Assembly (NCBI GenBank): GCA_963682135.1
Contig: OY821645.1
Coordinates: 416,001-480,000, forward strand
DNA from: Methanothrix sp.
Lineage (GTDB): Archaea > Halobacteriota > Methanosarcinia > Methanotrichales > Methanotrichaceae
Reading direction: 5' to 3'
DNA: 64,000 nt
Each line of letters begins with the position of its first letter. Position 1 is the stretch's first letter. The translations under genes were made by a program, and so were the position numbers. Of this stretch, positions 27,089 to 38,346 are shown one piece after another. The notes below the pieces were generated by a model, which was not told the DNA's origin, did not search any database, and was given only the letters and a program-made list of their open reading frames with translations.

Positions 27089-28286
27089 TGATAAGGCAGT
27101 AATTCCGCCAAATCCATTGCATTTTCAAGGAATTAGGAGCAGCAAGCTTCGCTTCTTACTATATCGAATTCTGCCTCTTTGCCTAATTGCAGGGACTGTA
27201 GCCATTTCTGTCCGGCAAGGATTTTCTCTTTCAGTGTGGATTTATGCATCGATGATATTGGCATATCTTCTTACATTATTATTATTTAAAAATATGATGG
27301 ACTCAATTCCAACTACATTCCACACTCTCACGATTCGGGGGATACTTGTTCAAAATTGTTCTTCTCCCGAAAATTATCTAAATTTTATGCAGGATTTTGA
27401 GAACGCTTTGAATAGGAGATCCGGGCAGATTGTCTTTGGATTGATCTTCGCAGCGGTACTCGTGCGCAGATCTTATTTTGATTTCCGTAAATGGTTGCCT
27501 GAGGATTTCTTGAATATCCCACTCTTCAGTGTGGGAGATATCTGGACGCAAATTTGGGCAATATATATCTATAGTAATTATTATATAACTACGCTGTTGA
27601 GCGATAATCCTCTTCGTTTCTTTACCGGATTCATTTTGGAGCCCATTTTGGGCTACTTCTTAGGGATGATTGCGTGGCGCATGCTCATCACTGGTTTGCA
27701 GATTTATCGAGTTGATAAGAAATTCAACTTGGTTCCTCGACTCAACGATCCGGATCAATGCGGCGGCCTCAATCCTCTTGGCAAATTATGCCTTTACAAT
27801 GCCAAGATAGTAGGAATATGGGGGGCATTGTTGGGAATATGGATCATATTGGGGACAAGCTATCAGATCTACGATAACTATTTGCCGCTTTATTATTATC
27901 AGATACCGGTACTGCTATTGGTCGCGGTGGCAGGCTTCTTCATTCCGCTCTGGGGCGTTCACTGTGCAATGGCCAAGAGAAAGGTTGATCTGGATATAAA
28001 GCTGGATCAAATAGCTCAGAACATAAATGAATTATCTCAGAAGAGACTCAATTGGGCGCTCAAAGGGGAACAAGAGCCGGACAGTGTAGCGGTGGATATC
28101 GAAAAGATGAAAAAAGTCTTTGCTGAAAATATTAACTATCCGGTATGGCCTTTTAACTATAGCCTTATTTTATCCTTTGTCACTTCTCAAGCCATACCGC
28201 TGTTGGGTTTGACTGGTCTTGGAGCTCCGATCTTGAATATCTTACGCTCTCTATTGGACTTTTTAAATCAGCTTGGTGGGTCCTAG
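27015..28286 (+). CDS. Multi-pass membrane protein
   Basis: ~7 hydrophobic helices, PDQCGGL..LG and YPVWPF motifs; start codon uncertain. Confidence 0.7.
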   Translation: MAIQCGGSLKKQRRLSITPITELPDDKAVIPPNPLHFQGIRSSKLRFLLYRILPLCLIAGTVAISVRQGFSLSVWIYASMILAYLLTLLLFKNMMDSIPTTFHTLTIRGILVQNCSSPENYLNFMQDFENALNRRSGQIVFGLIFAAVLVRRSYFDFRKWLPEDFLNIPLFSVGDIWTQIWAIYIYSNYYITTLLSDNPLRFFTGFILEPILGYFLGMIAWRMLITGLQIYRVDKKFNLVPRLNDPDQCGGLNPLGKLCLYNAKIVGIWGALLGIWIILGTSYQIYDNYLPLYYYQIPVLLLVAVAGFFIPLWGVHCAMAKRKVDLDIKLDQIAQNINELSQKRLNWALKGEQEPDSVAVDIEKMKKVFAENINYPVWPFNYSLILSFVTSQAIPLLGLTGLGAPILNILRSLLDFLNQLGGS

Positions 28287-28623
28287 TATGACCGCCTTCT
28301 CTTCTTTGGAGCATCCATTCGCGCCGTGCGCCGGCATAAGTCCTTCCTGATCATCGTGGCCGTTCCAACCGTCTAGACCTGCGCCATCCAGCTCCTGGCC
28401 CCCACGCGGCAAACATCGATTGCTCCAATATCCATAGCACCCGCAGCTTTCACATGCGAAATGCGCGCTGAAACCGGCATGGTCTTGAAAGGACGGATGT
28501 AATAATTTTACTTAAGTTTCATGGATCTTTGGCCGTGAATTGAGTCCAATTTGCCCTTTTTCTCTCAGATCGATACCATAAGTTTATATCCTACTAATAT
28601 TAATTATTATTTGAGTTATTAAT

Positions 28624-28869
28624 ATGAACCTGCTTCATTTGCTCTCCATCCTGCTGGAGGTGGTCGTGGCGGCCCTGGGCGTGATGCTGGCCATCCGCAA
28701 GAAGAAGATGTACGGCTGGTGCATAGCCATAACCTTTGTACTCTACGTGATCTATGATCTGGCAAATCTTCTGGCCTGGAATATCTCCCAGGATACTCTT
28801 TATACCATCTTTTTCGTGGCCACTATCTCAATTCTCTGGGCAGTATGGAACATCTTCCTGGAGTCGTGA
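28624..28869 (+). CDS. Small 3-TM membrane protein
   Basis: 81 aa, almost entirely hydrophobic; TATA-like TTTATAT upstream at ~28583. Confidence 0.7.
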   Translation: MNLLHLLSILLEVVVAALGVMLAIRKKKMYGWCIAITFVLYVIYDLANLLAWNISQDTLYTIFFVATISILWAVWNIFLES

Positions 28870-28913
28870 GGTCAATGGTCAGCTTTTTTTAGAATGCGCA
28901 CTAATAAAAGAGG

Positions 28914-29495
28914 ATGATCTCCAAAGTCTACATCTCCCACAGTCCTGCGAATGAGGATATGGCCTTGCAGCTCTCTCGCGCTCTCTGGCGGGTGGGCCTG
29001 GAAAGCTGCGTCGCTCTCTACAATCAGTCTCCAGCCATCTCTCGTGCGGAACGCGCCTCTTTTGGACTTCGCAACTCTGAGTGTCTGGTGGCCCTTCTCA
29101 CCCTTGATGGCTCTGCTTCTCCTGATGTCTGCCAGGAGATCGGCTTCGCCCGCGGCCTGGATCTGCTCATCATCCCCCTTCAGGAGGAGAGCGCAAATCT
29201 TCCCTTCCTCATCGAGCATCTGCGGCCCCTGGTCTTCCGGGAAGAGAGATATGCTGATGCCATCGGCCTGCTCATCAAGACCCTGCGAGAGCTCTCCCGG
29301 CTGGAGTGGCTAAAGGTCGCCTGTCCCAAATGCGGGGAGGAGATGACCCAGTACCTCACACCCCAGGAAGAGGTGGAGGACGCTCTGGTGAAGGGCTCAT
29401 TCCTGGAGACGATCTGCAGCTACTGCCAGAATGAGATCCAGCTGGATGCGAGGACTTTTGAGCCGAGGATATCATCAACCAGGCACTGCCTATGA
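28914..29495 (+). CDS. TIR-domain protein with C-terminal zinc ribbon
   Basis: VYISHS, SECLVALLT and SPDVCQEIGFA...IIPL (TIR); CPKC...CSYC. Confidence 0.8.
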   Translation: MISKVYISHSPANEDMALQLSRALWRVGLESCVALYNQSPAISRAERASFGLRNSECLVALLTLDGSASPDVCQEIGFARGLDLLIIPLQEESANLPFLIEHLRPLVFREERYADAIGLLIKTLRELSRLEWLKVACPKCGEEMTQYLTPQEEVEDALVKGSFLETICSYCQNEIQLDARTFEPRISSTRHCL

Positions 29496-29536
29496 GAACC
29501 AAAGCTGTTAAATATATTTGATAGTAGTATCAAAAT

Positions 29537-30351
29537 ATGAGCCTGACGAAGTTTGTTTCCCGACAAGCCTTTCGCGTCGCCTTCGACGCCGTCTTCGATA
29601 ACCTGCGTTTCTTTCTGCCATTGATGACAGGATTTGCCATATTTTCCGCCATTATGTATTTCGTCGTTTTTTCCACAACTGGATCGACACTATTGTCAGA
29701 GATAACGTCAATAATAATAAATTCGGTTATCTCTCTTGCCCTATTCAAGATCGGATTGGGCTTTTTAGACAGCCATCAATTGAGCAGGACGAGTCTCTTC
29801 GATTCCGGCGAATTTCTCTTAAAATATATTGCTGCATCATTATTATTTGGGGTTATGGTCTATGTCGGGTTTATGCTTCTGATTGTTCCGGGTGTTTACG
29901 TTCTTCTCACCTACAGCTTCTATGGCCTGGAAATGGTCGATAAAAATCTCGGTCCAATCGAGGCTCTGAAGCGATCTGCTGAGATTACCAGTGGCGCAAA
30001 ATGGAGCCTGCTCAACCTGGGCCTTGAATTCTAGGCGGGCTTATTGCCATCAATGTCCTTTTGTTGGTCCTGGTTCTTTTTCCGTTCGTGTCTTTGGTTG
30101 TCATAGCTGTATTTTTGCAGGCAATGCATTTGACCGTTTATTCCTTCATAATGTCGCCCTTCATGAGCGCAATCCCCTTTGTTGTCTTTCTCATGATGGC
30201 ATTGTTAGATGCGATAATTGTGATTCCCGGCTACGCGCTGACCTTCACATCGATTTATAGGTTTTTAGAACCGAGACGAGATGAGGCTGGTAAAGCAGCC
30301 CTTATCGATATGCAGGGCGGCGACGTGGAAAGGGCCCAGACAGAGATATGA
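29537..30351 (+). pseudogene. Frameshifted membrane protein
   Basis: ORF 29537-30034 (LLIVPG...GPIEALKRSAEITSGAKWSL) continues in another frame as ILGGLIAINVLLLVLVLFPF...; frameshift at ~30025. Confidence 0.65.
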
Positions 30352-30502
30352 AGGACAAACCATTCTTGCGGCCAAGAGGGCGCAAGCGAGATTGCTATCC
30401 TGCAGGAAATGGGCATCTTCTGAGACAAATAAACTCCTAATCTATTTTATCGAAACCTTTACCTACCCTTGCGTCCACCCCACAGTTATCAGGTGACCCC
30501 TA

Positions 30503-32368
30503 TTGCAGTTACTCTTAATCCACTCTGATTTCATTGAATTCGAGGCCAAGAAGCCTACGAAGATGGCGGAAGAAATCGTTGACTCAGCCAAGAAAGGCAG
30601 GCTGGAAGAGGCCCTCTGCGCCTTCATAGCCGTGGAGAAGTTCGATGAGGATGATCCCGATGCAGTCATAGCAGAAGGCGTAAAGCAAATCACGGACGTG
30701 GCCGGCCAGGTGAAGGCCGCAAGGATAATGCTCTACCCCTACGCGCATCTCAGCGCTCAGCTGTCCACTCCCGCGACGGCGGTAAGGATTCTCAAAGGCA
30801 TGCAAGAGACGCTCTCTCCAGACTACGAGGTCATGCGCGCTCCCTTCGGCTGGTACAAGGCCTTTACCATCAGCTGCAAGGGCCATCCCCTCTCCGAGCT
30901 GTCGCGTTCCATCAAACTCGGCGAAGGCGAGGTGGTCTCCGAGGCCCTCAAGTCCGAAGCCAAGGCTGTATCCTACTGGAAGGTCCTCGACCTGGACGGC
31001 AACCTGATTGATGCCGATAAGTTCGACTTCACGGGACATGAGAACCTGCAGAAGTTCGCCAACTACGAGATCTCCAAAGCCAGAGCCGTTGACCGGGTTC
31101 CCCCGCACGTGGAACTGATGAGGCGCTTGGAGCTGGTCGACTACGAGCCAGGCTCCGATCCAGGCAACATGCGCTATTATCCCAAGGGCAGGCTAATTAA
31201 ATCGCTGCTGGAGAACTATGTACTGGACAAGGCTTCGGATATGGGAGCTATGGAGGTGGAGACGCCCATTATGTACGACATGGAGCATCCCACCCTCAAG
31301 AAATACCTGGACAGATTCCCGGCCCGGCAGTATCAGATCGATTCCGACAAGAAGAAGCTCTTCCTGAGATTCGCGGCCTGCTTCGGCCAGTTTCTCATGG
31401 GCCATGACATGTCCATCTCCTACAAGGCCATGCCCCTCAAAATGTTCGAGATCACCCGCTACTCCTTCCGTCGCGAGCAGCGCGGTGAACTGGTGGGCAT
31501 CCGCCGCCTGAGAGCTTTTACCATGCCTGATATGCACACTCTGGCCCGCGATATGAAATCCGCCATGGAGGAATTCAGAAAGCAGTACCTGGCCAGCATC
31601 TCCGTCCTGAGCGAGGTGGGCGTCGATCTGGCCGACTACGAGGTGGCCATCCGTTTCACCAAGGACTTCTACAATGAGAACCGTGAGTTTATCGAGGGCC
31701 TGGTAGACATCGTCCATAAGCCCGTTCTCATCGAGATGTGGGATGAGAGGTTCTTTTACTTCGTGCTCAAGTTCGAGTTCAACTTTGTAGATACCATGGA
31801 CAAGGCCAGTGCTCTGTCCACAGTGCAAATCGATGTGGAGAACGCAGAACGCTACGACATCACCTACATCGATGAGGCCGGAGAGAAACAGCAGCCCATT
31901 CTGCTGCACTGCTCCCCATCCGGAGCCATAGAGCGGGTCATGTATGCCCTTTTAGAGAAAGCTGCCCGTCTGTCCGAGGAGGGAAAGCTTCCCATTCTGC
32001 AGACCTGGCTCTCACCCACCCAGATCAGGATCATACCTGTGGCGGAGAGGCACCAGGCCCGTGCCCTGGAGATCGCAGCGGAGCTAGGGTTTAGGACGGA
32101 CATCGATGAGCGTGATGAGACGGTGGGCAAGAAGATTCGCGATGCAGGCCGCGAGTGGATACCCTATGTAGTGGTGATAGGCGACGAGGAGTTGGAGTCC
32201 GGCAAGCTCTCAGTTACCATTCGATCCGAATCTACGCCCAAGTCTCCAGCCAAGTCCAAGATGACTGTGGAGTACCTGCGCAGAAGAGTCACTGCCGAGA
32301 CCGCTGGAAAACCCTGGCGCAGACTGCCGCTGCCCATGAAGCTCAGCGAGCGGCCCAAGTTCATCTGA
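30503..32368 (+). CDS. thrS: Threonine--tRNA ligase (archaeal type with N-terminal editing domain)
   Basis: [54 protein letters not shown] and [10 protein letters not shown]; TTG start. Confidence 0.97.
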   Translation: MQLLLIHSDFIEFEAKKPTKMAEEIVDSAKKGRLEEALCAFIAVEKFDEDDPDAVIAEGVKQITDVAGQVKAARIMLYPYAHLSAQLSTPATAVRILKGMQETLSPDYEVMRAPFGWYKAFTISCKGHPLSELSRSIKLGEGEVVSEALKSEAKAVSYWKVLDLDGNLIDADKFDFTGHENLQKFANYEISKARAVDRVPPHVELMRRLELVDYEPGSDPGNMRYYPKGRLIKSLLENYVLDKASDMGAMEVETPIMYDMEHPTLKKYLDRFPARQYQIDSDKKKLFLRFAACFGQFLMGHDMSISYKAMPLKMFEITRYSFRREQRGELVGIRRLRAFTMPDMHTLARDMKSAMEEFRKQYLASISVLSEVGVDLADYEVAIRFTKDFYNENREFIEGLVDIVHKPVLIEMWDERFFYFVLKFEFNFVDTMDKASALSTVQIDVENAERYDITYIDEAGEKQQPILLHCSPSGAIERVMYALLEKAARLSEEGKLPILQTWLSPTQIRIIPVAERHQARALEIAAELGFRTDIDERDETVGKKIRDAGREWIPYVVVIGDEELESGKLSVTIRSESTPKSPAKSKMTVEYLRRRVTAETAGKPWRRLPLPMKLSERPKFI

Positions 32369-32464
32369 ATTGGGGGAAAAAGCCACAACGATGCAGGCGC
32401 AAAAGCGCGCCTGCCATTGCATCGTATGGCTGGATTTTCGCTTTTTTTTCGTTGATATATATAA

Positions 32465-33610
32465 TTACAATTCCGGCTCGGCCATAGGGTGTCGATCCAC
32501 TCCCGGCCCGCCCGGCACAAATAATATCTGCCCTAAATCGCTGTAGTAGTTGCCCTGGCTGCCGTTATCCCAGCGGTTGCTCTGTCCCATGTCGTAGGCA
32601 TTGTAACCGTTGTCGATGAGATGGTTGGAAAATAAGAGATTCCAGCCGGAGGAGAATGATAGATAGATGCCGTATCCATTCTCTATTGCCGTATTATTTT
32701 GCAGAGTGTTATTGCTGCTATGAGTGGCCAGCTGCAAACCCTTCTCATTGAATGTTATATTGTTGTCTTGCAGGAGGTTGTCGTTGCTGTCATAGGAGAG
32801 ATAGATGCCCCGAGAATTGTCCGATGCCGTGTTCTTCCGAATGATATTCTCCCTTGAGCTGTCCAGATAGATCCCTGCGTCCCTATTTCGTAAAGCATTA
32901 TTCTCTTCTATCAGATTTTGGTTGCTGGAGTCGGATAGAGAGATGCCATACCAATCGTTGTTGCTGATACGATTTTTGCGCAGAGTGTTGCCGCTTGCCG
33001 ATCGCAGCGATAGGGAAGTGTCGCCGTTGTTCATCAGATCGTTATTCTGAATGACATTTTCTTTGGAATAGGCGAGAAATATGCCGCAATCGCTCTCTTC
33101 ATTGATGTTGTTATCGCGGACATTATTATTAGCTATTGTGTTACTCTCGGATGAATAGAGGGTGATACCGTTGGTGTTGTTGTTTATGCTATTGTTGGAA
33201 ATGTAGTTGGAGCGGGAACGATCCAGACGAATACCGTCCAGGCAATCACTAATTGTATTATCTTTTAGAATATTATTATCGGAAAGGACATGTATGCCTG
33301 TGCGGCGCGTGCTTTTGATGTCAAATCCCGATACGCTTACCCCATCGGCTTGAAGGATTATTGCACCGTTTATTGCACCCCCGTCCAGAAGCGGACGACC
33401 GGTACCCATCAGGTTGATTGTTTTGCTTATGTTCAGGCTCTCTCTATAAACTCCGCTCTGAACGGATATGGTGTCATTGGAATTTGCTCCGTTTATGGCT
33501 GCCTGGATGCTCTCTCCTGATCGAACAAAGATTGTGGCGGCCAGGGCCGATGATGACAGGAAGATTATTACTACTGCCAGCGCTGCTAAATACTCTGCTC
33601 CATGCTTCAT
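32465..33610 (-). CDS. NosD/CASH-type right-handed parallel beta-helix cell-surface protein
   Basis: Signal peptide, SIQAAI, repeated GI.L..S..N.I.NN units, GNYYSD, D.HP. Confidence 0.88.
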   Translation of the reverse strand: MKHGAEYLAALAVVIIFLSSSALAATIFVRSGESIQAAINGANSNDTISVQSGVYRESLNISKTINLMGTGRPLLDGGAINGAIILQADGVSVSGFDIKSTRRTGIHVLSDNNILKDNTISDCLDGIRLDRSRSNYISNNSINNNTNGITLYSSESNTIANNNVRDNNINEESDCGIFLAYSKENVIQNNDLMNNGDTSLSLRSASGNTLRKNRISNNDWYGISLSDSSNQNLIEENNALRNRDAGIYLDSSRENIIRKNTASDNSRGIYLSYDSNDNLLQDNNITFNEKGLQLATHSSNNTLQNNTAIENGYGIYLSFSSGWNLLFSNHLIDNGYNAYDMGQSNRWDNGSQGNYYSDLGQILFVPGGPGVDRHPMAEPEL

Positions 33611-33695
33611 TGCCTATCCCCGGTACTATTATAATTCTTCTAAACTTAAAACTTACCCAAGTGGAAGGCTTTATGACACCGGCACATAGTATAAT

Positions 33696-35558
33696 ATGCC
33701 AATGAAAGAGCAGCCCCGTTTTCTTCCCATGTCTTTGCAGGAAGCCCGAAAGCTAGGGATAGAGCAGTTTGATGTCATTCTCATAAGCGGGGACGCCTAT
33801 GTTGATCATCCATCTTTTGCGGCTGCGATCATCGGCAGGGTGCTTTGGGATGCCGGCTACAGCGTGGGCATCATCGCCCAGCCCGATTGGAAACGGGACG
33901 AGGACTTTGTCAAGCTGGGCCGACCGCGTCTCTTCTTCGGCATATCTTCGGGAAACGTTGACTCCCTGGTGAACAACCTGACGCCTAACTTAAAACGCCG
34001 TAGCTGTGATGTCTATTCGCCGGGCGGCGCCCTGCTCCGGCCGGACAGGGCAGCAATTGTCTACACCAACAAGGTTCATGCCCTCTTTCCCGGAGTGCCC
34101 ATCATCCTGGGCGGGATCGAAGCCAGCTTGCGTCGTTTTGCCCATTATGATTACTGGTCTGACTCGGTTCGTCGCTCCATATTGGCAGACGCGCCTGCGG
34201 ATTTGATCATCTACGGTATGGGCGAGAATCCTCTGCGAGAGGTGGCCCTGAGGCTGGAGAAAGGCGAGAGAATCAATGAAATTTCCGATGTTGCCGGAAC
34301 TACAGTCAAGGAGGAGATCAGCGGATGGCGCAGTAGCCCACGCGAAGATTGCCTGGTCATTCCCGGATATGCAGAGGTTTATGCAGACAAAAGAAAATAT
34401 GCCCAGGCTTTTGCCCTGCACTACCAGGAGCAGGATCCTTTTCACGGGCGGGTGGTCGTCCAGCCTCATCCCAAGACGGTCATCATCCAGAACCCTCCTG
34501 CCCGGCCCCTTCGAGCCGAGGAGTTGGACCGCATTTATGAGCTGCCTTTTGCCCGCGAGGCTCATCCCTCTTACCGCGAGATCATCCCTGCCCTGGAGCC
34601 CGTTCGCTTCTCCATCACCAGTCACCGGGGATGCTTCGGATCCTGCTCATTTTGCGCTCTGACCCATCACCAGGGCCGGATTGTGCAGAGCAGAAGCGAG
34701 GATTCCATCCTGCGCGAGGCAGCGATGCTCACCAGGATGAAAGGCTTTAACGGCATCATCTCCGATGTGGGCGGGCCGACCGCCAACATGTACGGCCTGT
34801 CCTGTCCGCGCTGGAAAAAGGGGGCCTGCGGGGATAAGCTCTGCTCGGCGGAGTGCGCCAGCCTGGACAGAGACCATTCCCGTCAGGTCGATCTCCTGCG
34901 CCGGCTGCGTAAAATTCCCGGAGTGAAAAGAGTCTTCATTGGCTCGGGAATCAGGCATGATCTGATAATGGCTGACCATTCTTCCTATCTGGAGGAGCTT
35001 TGCCGGCATCACGTCTCCGGCCACCTCAAGATCGCTCCCGAGCACATTACACGATCGGTGACAGAGTGCATGCATAAACCCACCCGAGAGGTACTGGATG
35101 CCTTTCGGGAGCGCTTTCGCACGGCCTCCAAAGCTGTCGGAAAGGAGCAGTACCTTCTGCCCTATCTCATGTCCGGTCATCCCGGCTGCACGGTAAGGGA
35201 TATGGTCGAGCTGGCGGAGTACCTGCGTGACAATCGCCTGTACACGGAGCAGGTGCAGGACTTCACCCCCACGCCCATGACCATCTCCACGGCCATGTAC
35301 TACACCGGCCTCGACCCATTTACGCTCATGCCGGTGCATGTGCCCAGGGGCCGGGAGAAGAGGATTCAGCGGGCTATGCTGCAATACCGGGACCCTAAGA
35401 ACTATGATCTGGTCAAAGAGGGCTTGCAGATGGCGGGAAGAGCGGATCTCATCGGCGAGGGGAGGCAGTGCCTGATACCGGCGCGGCCAAAGGGTGGGTG
35501 GGGACTGGAGAATAGAAAGGGTGAGAGAAAAAAGGGAAGAGATGCAGAATTAGGATAA
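33696..35558 (+). CDS. ygiQ: YgiQ family radical SAM protein
   Basis: GDAYVDHPSF, GGIEASLRR, HRGCFGSCSFC, DVGGPTANMY, EQVQDFTPTP. Confidence 0.93.
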   Translation: MPMKEQPRFLPMSLQEARKLGIEQFDVILISGDAYVDHPSFAAAIIGRVLWDAGYSVGIIAQPDWKRDEDFVKLGRPRLFFGISSGNVDSLVNNLTPNLKRRSCDVYSPGGALLRPDRAAIVYTNKVHALFPGVPIILGGIEASLRRFAHYDYWSDSVRRSILADAPADLIIYGMGENPLREVALRLEKGERINEISDVAGTTVKEEISGWRSSPREDCLVIPGYAEVYADKRKYAQAFALHYQEQDPFHGRVVVQPHPKTVIIQNPPARPLRAEELDRIYELPFAREAHPSYREIIPALEPVRFSITSHRGCFGSCSFCALTHHQGRIVQSRSEDSILREAAMLTRMKGFNGIISDVGGPTANMYGLSCPRWKKGACGDKLCSAECASLDRDHSRQVDLLRRLRKIPGVKRVFIGSGIRHDLIMADHSSYLEELCRHHVSGHLKIAPEHITRSVTECMHKPTREVLDAFRERFRTASKAVGKEQYLLPYLMSGHPGCTVRDMVELAEYLRDNRLYTEQVQDFTPTPMTISTAMYYTGLDPFTLMPVHVPRGREKRIQRAMLQYRDPKNYDLVKEGLQMAGRADLIGEGRQCLIPARPKGGWGLENRKGERKKGRDAELG

Positions 35559-35577
35559 AGGCTGCAAAGAGATCGGA

Positions 35578-36132
35578 ATGGAAGATTTTGCGGACAGATA
35601 CGGCAGCCGTTTTGTGAAACTGATAGACAGCCGCTCTACCGGCAAGGAGTTTGAATTCGATCAGGTACTGCTCATGCCCACTGCCGCAGGCTACCGTGCC
35701 CTGGTGGAGCAGGCCATGGTCGAGATCAATCCCAGGGTGATGAAATATTTATCGAGGAGATGGTCGCAGGGTGCCATTGAGAACCTCTCATTTTTTGCCA
35801 TGGCGGTAGCCGTTTACGCCCGAAGCATCTGTGATCCGCCGCTTGATATCGATGTAGGAAAGGTGCTGCTCAGGACGGTGACCTTCTGCAATCGCAGGTG
35901 CGCCAACAGAAAAGGGTTCAGGGGCGGATGCAGACTGGCAATGAACAACGCTGAGCATCATCTGCCCAAATGCATTAAAATTCCCAGGGATATTGCGGTT
36001 ATCCTGGGCTGCCTGAAGAGATATATCGCAACCGGCAAAACCACACGTGGCCAGGATGCGGCAAGCCTGCACGAGGCCATGAGCGTCATGGTCGATCCGG
36101 GGTTGGACTATGTGCCGGTGACATCGTGCTGA
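35578..36132 (+). CDS. Hypothetical protein
   Basis: 184-aa ORF packed between ygiQ and the peptidase; several Cys. Confidence 0.65.
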   Translation: MEDFADRYGSRFVKLIDSRSTGKEFEFDQVLLMPTAAGYRALVEQAMVEINPRVMKYLSRRWSQGAIENLSFFAMAVAVYARSICDPPLDIDVGKVLLRTVTFCNRRCANRKGFRGGCRLAMNNAEHHLPKCIKIPRDIAVILGCLKRYIATGKTTRGQDAASLHEAMSVMVDPGLDYVPVTSC

Positions 36133-36158
36133 TGATAGCATTGGTTAGCTAAATAAAG

Positions 36159-37397
36159 GTGGATAGCATCCGAAAAAAAGGCACCGCAAATCCCAAAGAT
36201 GAAATGACGGATGAGGTCAATAAAATGGAGTATGTTCTTTCCCCTAAATCAGAGATCGAGAGCCGAATAAAGACTTTGCAGTCACAGATGGGCGAGATGG
36301 ATGGAGCACTGCTGTTTCATGCTGTGGACGTGTGCTACTTTTCCGGCACCGCTCAGGATGGGCTGGTCTACATTCCCAGAGACGGAGAGCCGGTGGTGAT
36401 GATGAAGCGGAGCCTGGAGAGAGCAGTGCAGGAATCGCCTCTCGAAGTTAGGCCTCTTAAGAATATGAGAAATTTGAAATCAGACCTGGACATTCCGGCG
36501 AAGGCTACGATCGGCCTGGAGATGGATGTGCTTCCCTGTAGCTTCTACTTCAAAGTAAACAAAGCCCTGCAAGATGCCCTGTTCGTTGATGTTGCCGAGA
36601 AGATCAAGCACATTCGCTCTGTAAAGTCCGATTTTGAGGTGAGCCTGATAAAAGAGGCGGCCAGGATCTTGCAGGTCGGCTTTTCCTCTGTGCCTGATTT
36701 TTTGGAAGAAGGCATGAAAGAGGTTGACCTTATCTGTCGGATAGAGTCGGTGATGCGCTCCATTGGTCATCAGGGGTCTCTGCGCTTTCGCAGGTTCAAC
36801 AGCATTGTTCCCCTGGGCCATGTTATGTCCGGGGCGGAGGCGGCCTTTCCCAGCTTCCTGGCCTCGCCCAGCGGAGGCCGGGGCACCTCTTTGATGTTTC
36901 CCCAGGGGGCAGGCTTTGCCAAGATCAAGAGAAACGAACCGATATTTGTGGACAGCGTGGGCATCTACAACGGCTACATTGCGGACGCTACTCGCATATT
37001 CTCGCTGGGCAAGCTGGAGCCGGAGCTGGAGGACGCCTATCAAGCCGCCTGCCAGATAGAAGAAGCTGTGGCGGGAGAGCTCGCCTCAGGTCGGACGGGA
37101 AGAGAGCTCTTCGAGCTATCCGAGACGGAGGGAGCAAGGCTCGGCTACCTGGACTATTTGGGCGGGACCAATGGCAATAAATGCGGCTTTGTGGGCCACG
37201 GCGTGGGACTGGAGCTGGACGAATACCCGGTGATCGGGCCGCTGGACCATGCCATACAGAGCAATATGGCCATTGCTATCGAGCCCAAGATAATCTATCC
37301 TGACAAAGGTGTGCTGGGAATAGAGGACACCTACTTGACGGGGCCGGGCGGAGCCTTGAGCCTCACTCATATGCCGCGAGAGATCTGGCAGGTTTAG
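36159..37397 (+). CDS. Xaa-Pro peptidase family (M24) protein
   Basis: RSVKS..E, D....YNGYIADATR, GHGVGLELDEYP, IEPK and GIEDT; start may be ATG 36204 or 36225. Confidence 0.92.
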   Translation: MDSIRKKGTANPKDEMTDEVNKMEYVLSPKSEIESRIKTLQSQMGEMDGALLFHAVDVCYFSGTAQDGLVYIPRDGEPVVMMKRSLERAVQESPLEVRPLKNMRNLKSDLDIPAKATIGLEMDVLPCSFYFKVNKALQDALFVDVAEKIKHIRSVKSDFEVSLIKEAARILQVGFSSVPDFLEEGMKEVDLICRIESVMRSIGHQGSLRFRRFNSIVPLGHVMSGAEAAFPSFLASPSGGRGTSLMFPQGAGFAKIKRNEPIFVDSVGIYNGYIADATRIFSLGKLEPELEDAYQAACQIEEAVAGELASGRTGRELFELSETEGARLGYLDYLGGTNGNKCGFVGHGVGLELDEYPVIGPLDHAIQSNMAIAIEPKIIYPDKGVLGIEDTYLTGPGGALSLTHMPREIWQV

Positions 37398-37441
37398 GTG
37401 AGGAAGAGTTGCGGCTCACGAATCCATGTGCTCGCATTTCC

Positions 37442-38149
37442 CTATTTTTCCTGCAAATCGAAATTGGTGATGTTCATGAACCAGTAGCCTTCCTTATGAA
37501 TCGGATCGCTCTTGGTTATCACTATCTTCTTTTTGAAGATGGGGCCATCCAGGACGAGGGTATGAAACTCACCATTCTCCCCGCATGCATCGACAGTGGT
37601 GCCGGCCTTCTTCAAATCTGTCAAGAATTTATCGTCGATCCTGCGGCCCAACCACTCCTTTCCCAGAAAACCGTCCCTTACACTGACCAGGATTACCTCG
37701 AATCCAGCATCAATAATCTCGTTTACGATTTTCTCGGAATTTTCTTTCCAGAGTGGCAGGATCAAATCGATATTCAGCTCCTGGCAGATTCTCTCCACCA
37801 GTGGCTTGTGGGTCTCGATGTGACCGAAGACTGCTGCGTCAAATCTCTCGCCCTGCGCTCGCAGCTCCCTGGCAGCTTTCTTGAACTCCTCTTCGTAGGA
37901 ATGAAAATCCCGCTGCAGGAGAGGAATGCCAAGTGCCTGGGCCTGGGCCCGGATGAGGGCAGGATTGAGTTCATGTGAGCCGGTCTTCTTCTGGTTGGTG
38001 AAATGCAGAATATGGGTGATATTGTAGCCGTTATTCATTGTTTTATAGCAGGAGTAGCAGCCGTCCTTTCCGCCTGTCCAGGAGACGATGGCATTTTTTT
38101 TGGTGTTGTTGGAGTTCATGAGATGTGAAATGGGATGGTAGTTAATCAA
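37442..38149 (-). CDS. dph6: Diphthine--ammonia ligase family (PP-loop ATPase)
   Basis: SWTGGKDG, PLW, DACGENGEFHT.VLDGPIF. Confidence 0.8.
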   Translation of the reverse strand: MINYHPISHLMNSNNTKKNAIVSWTGGKDGCYSCYKTMNNGYNITHILHFTNQKKTGSHELNPALIRAQAQALGIPLLQRDFHSYEEEFKKAARELRAQGERFDAAVFGHIETHKPLVERICQELNIDLILPLWKENSEKIVNEIIDAGFEVILVSVRDGFLGKEWLGRRIDDKFLTDLKKAGTTVDACGENGEFHTLVLDGPIFKKKIVITKSDPIHKEGYWFMNITNFDLQEK

Positions 38150-38346
38150 GAATTCGGGTGTGAGACTTATTGTTTTCTTGCGGAATCATTTGCTGCTGAG
38201 AGCTGATAAAAGCAGTTCGGGCGAACGTAACCATCAATTGGACTGTGAAAGAGTCGGCCAGAGCCAAGTTGTGGGTCATAATCCGGCGACTGCTACGCAA
38301 GCACGGACGAGAAAATATTATTACCTATTCCTGCATATTCTTCCTC

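Noticed and set aside
38245-38346. N-terminal extension of PolX
   Set aside because: PolX homology begins at GTG 38347 (MKNSEVA); the upstream part looks like promoter sequence
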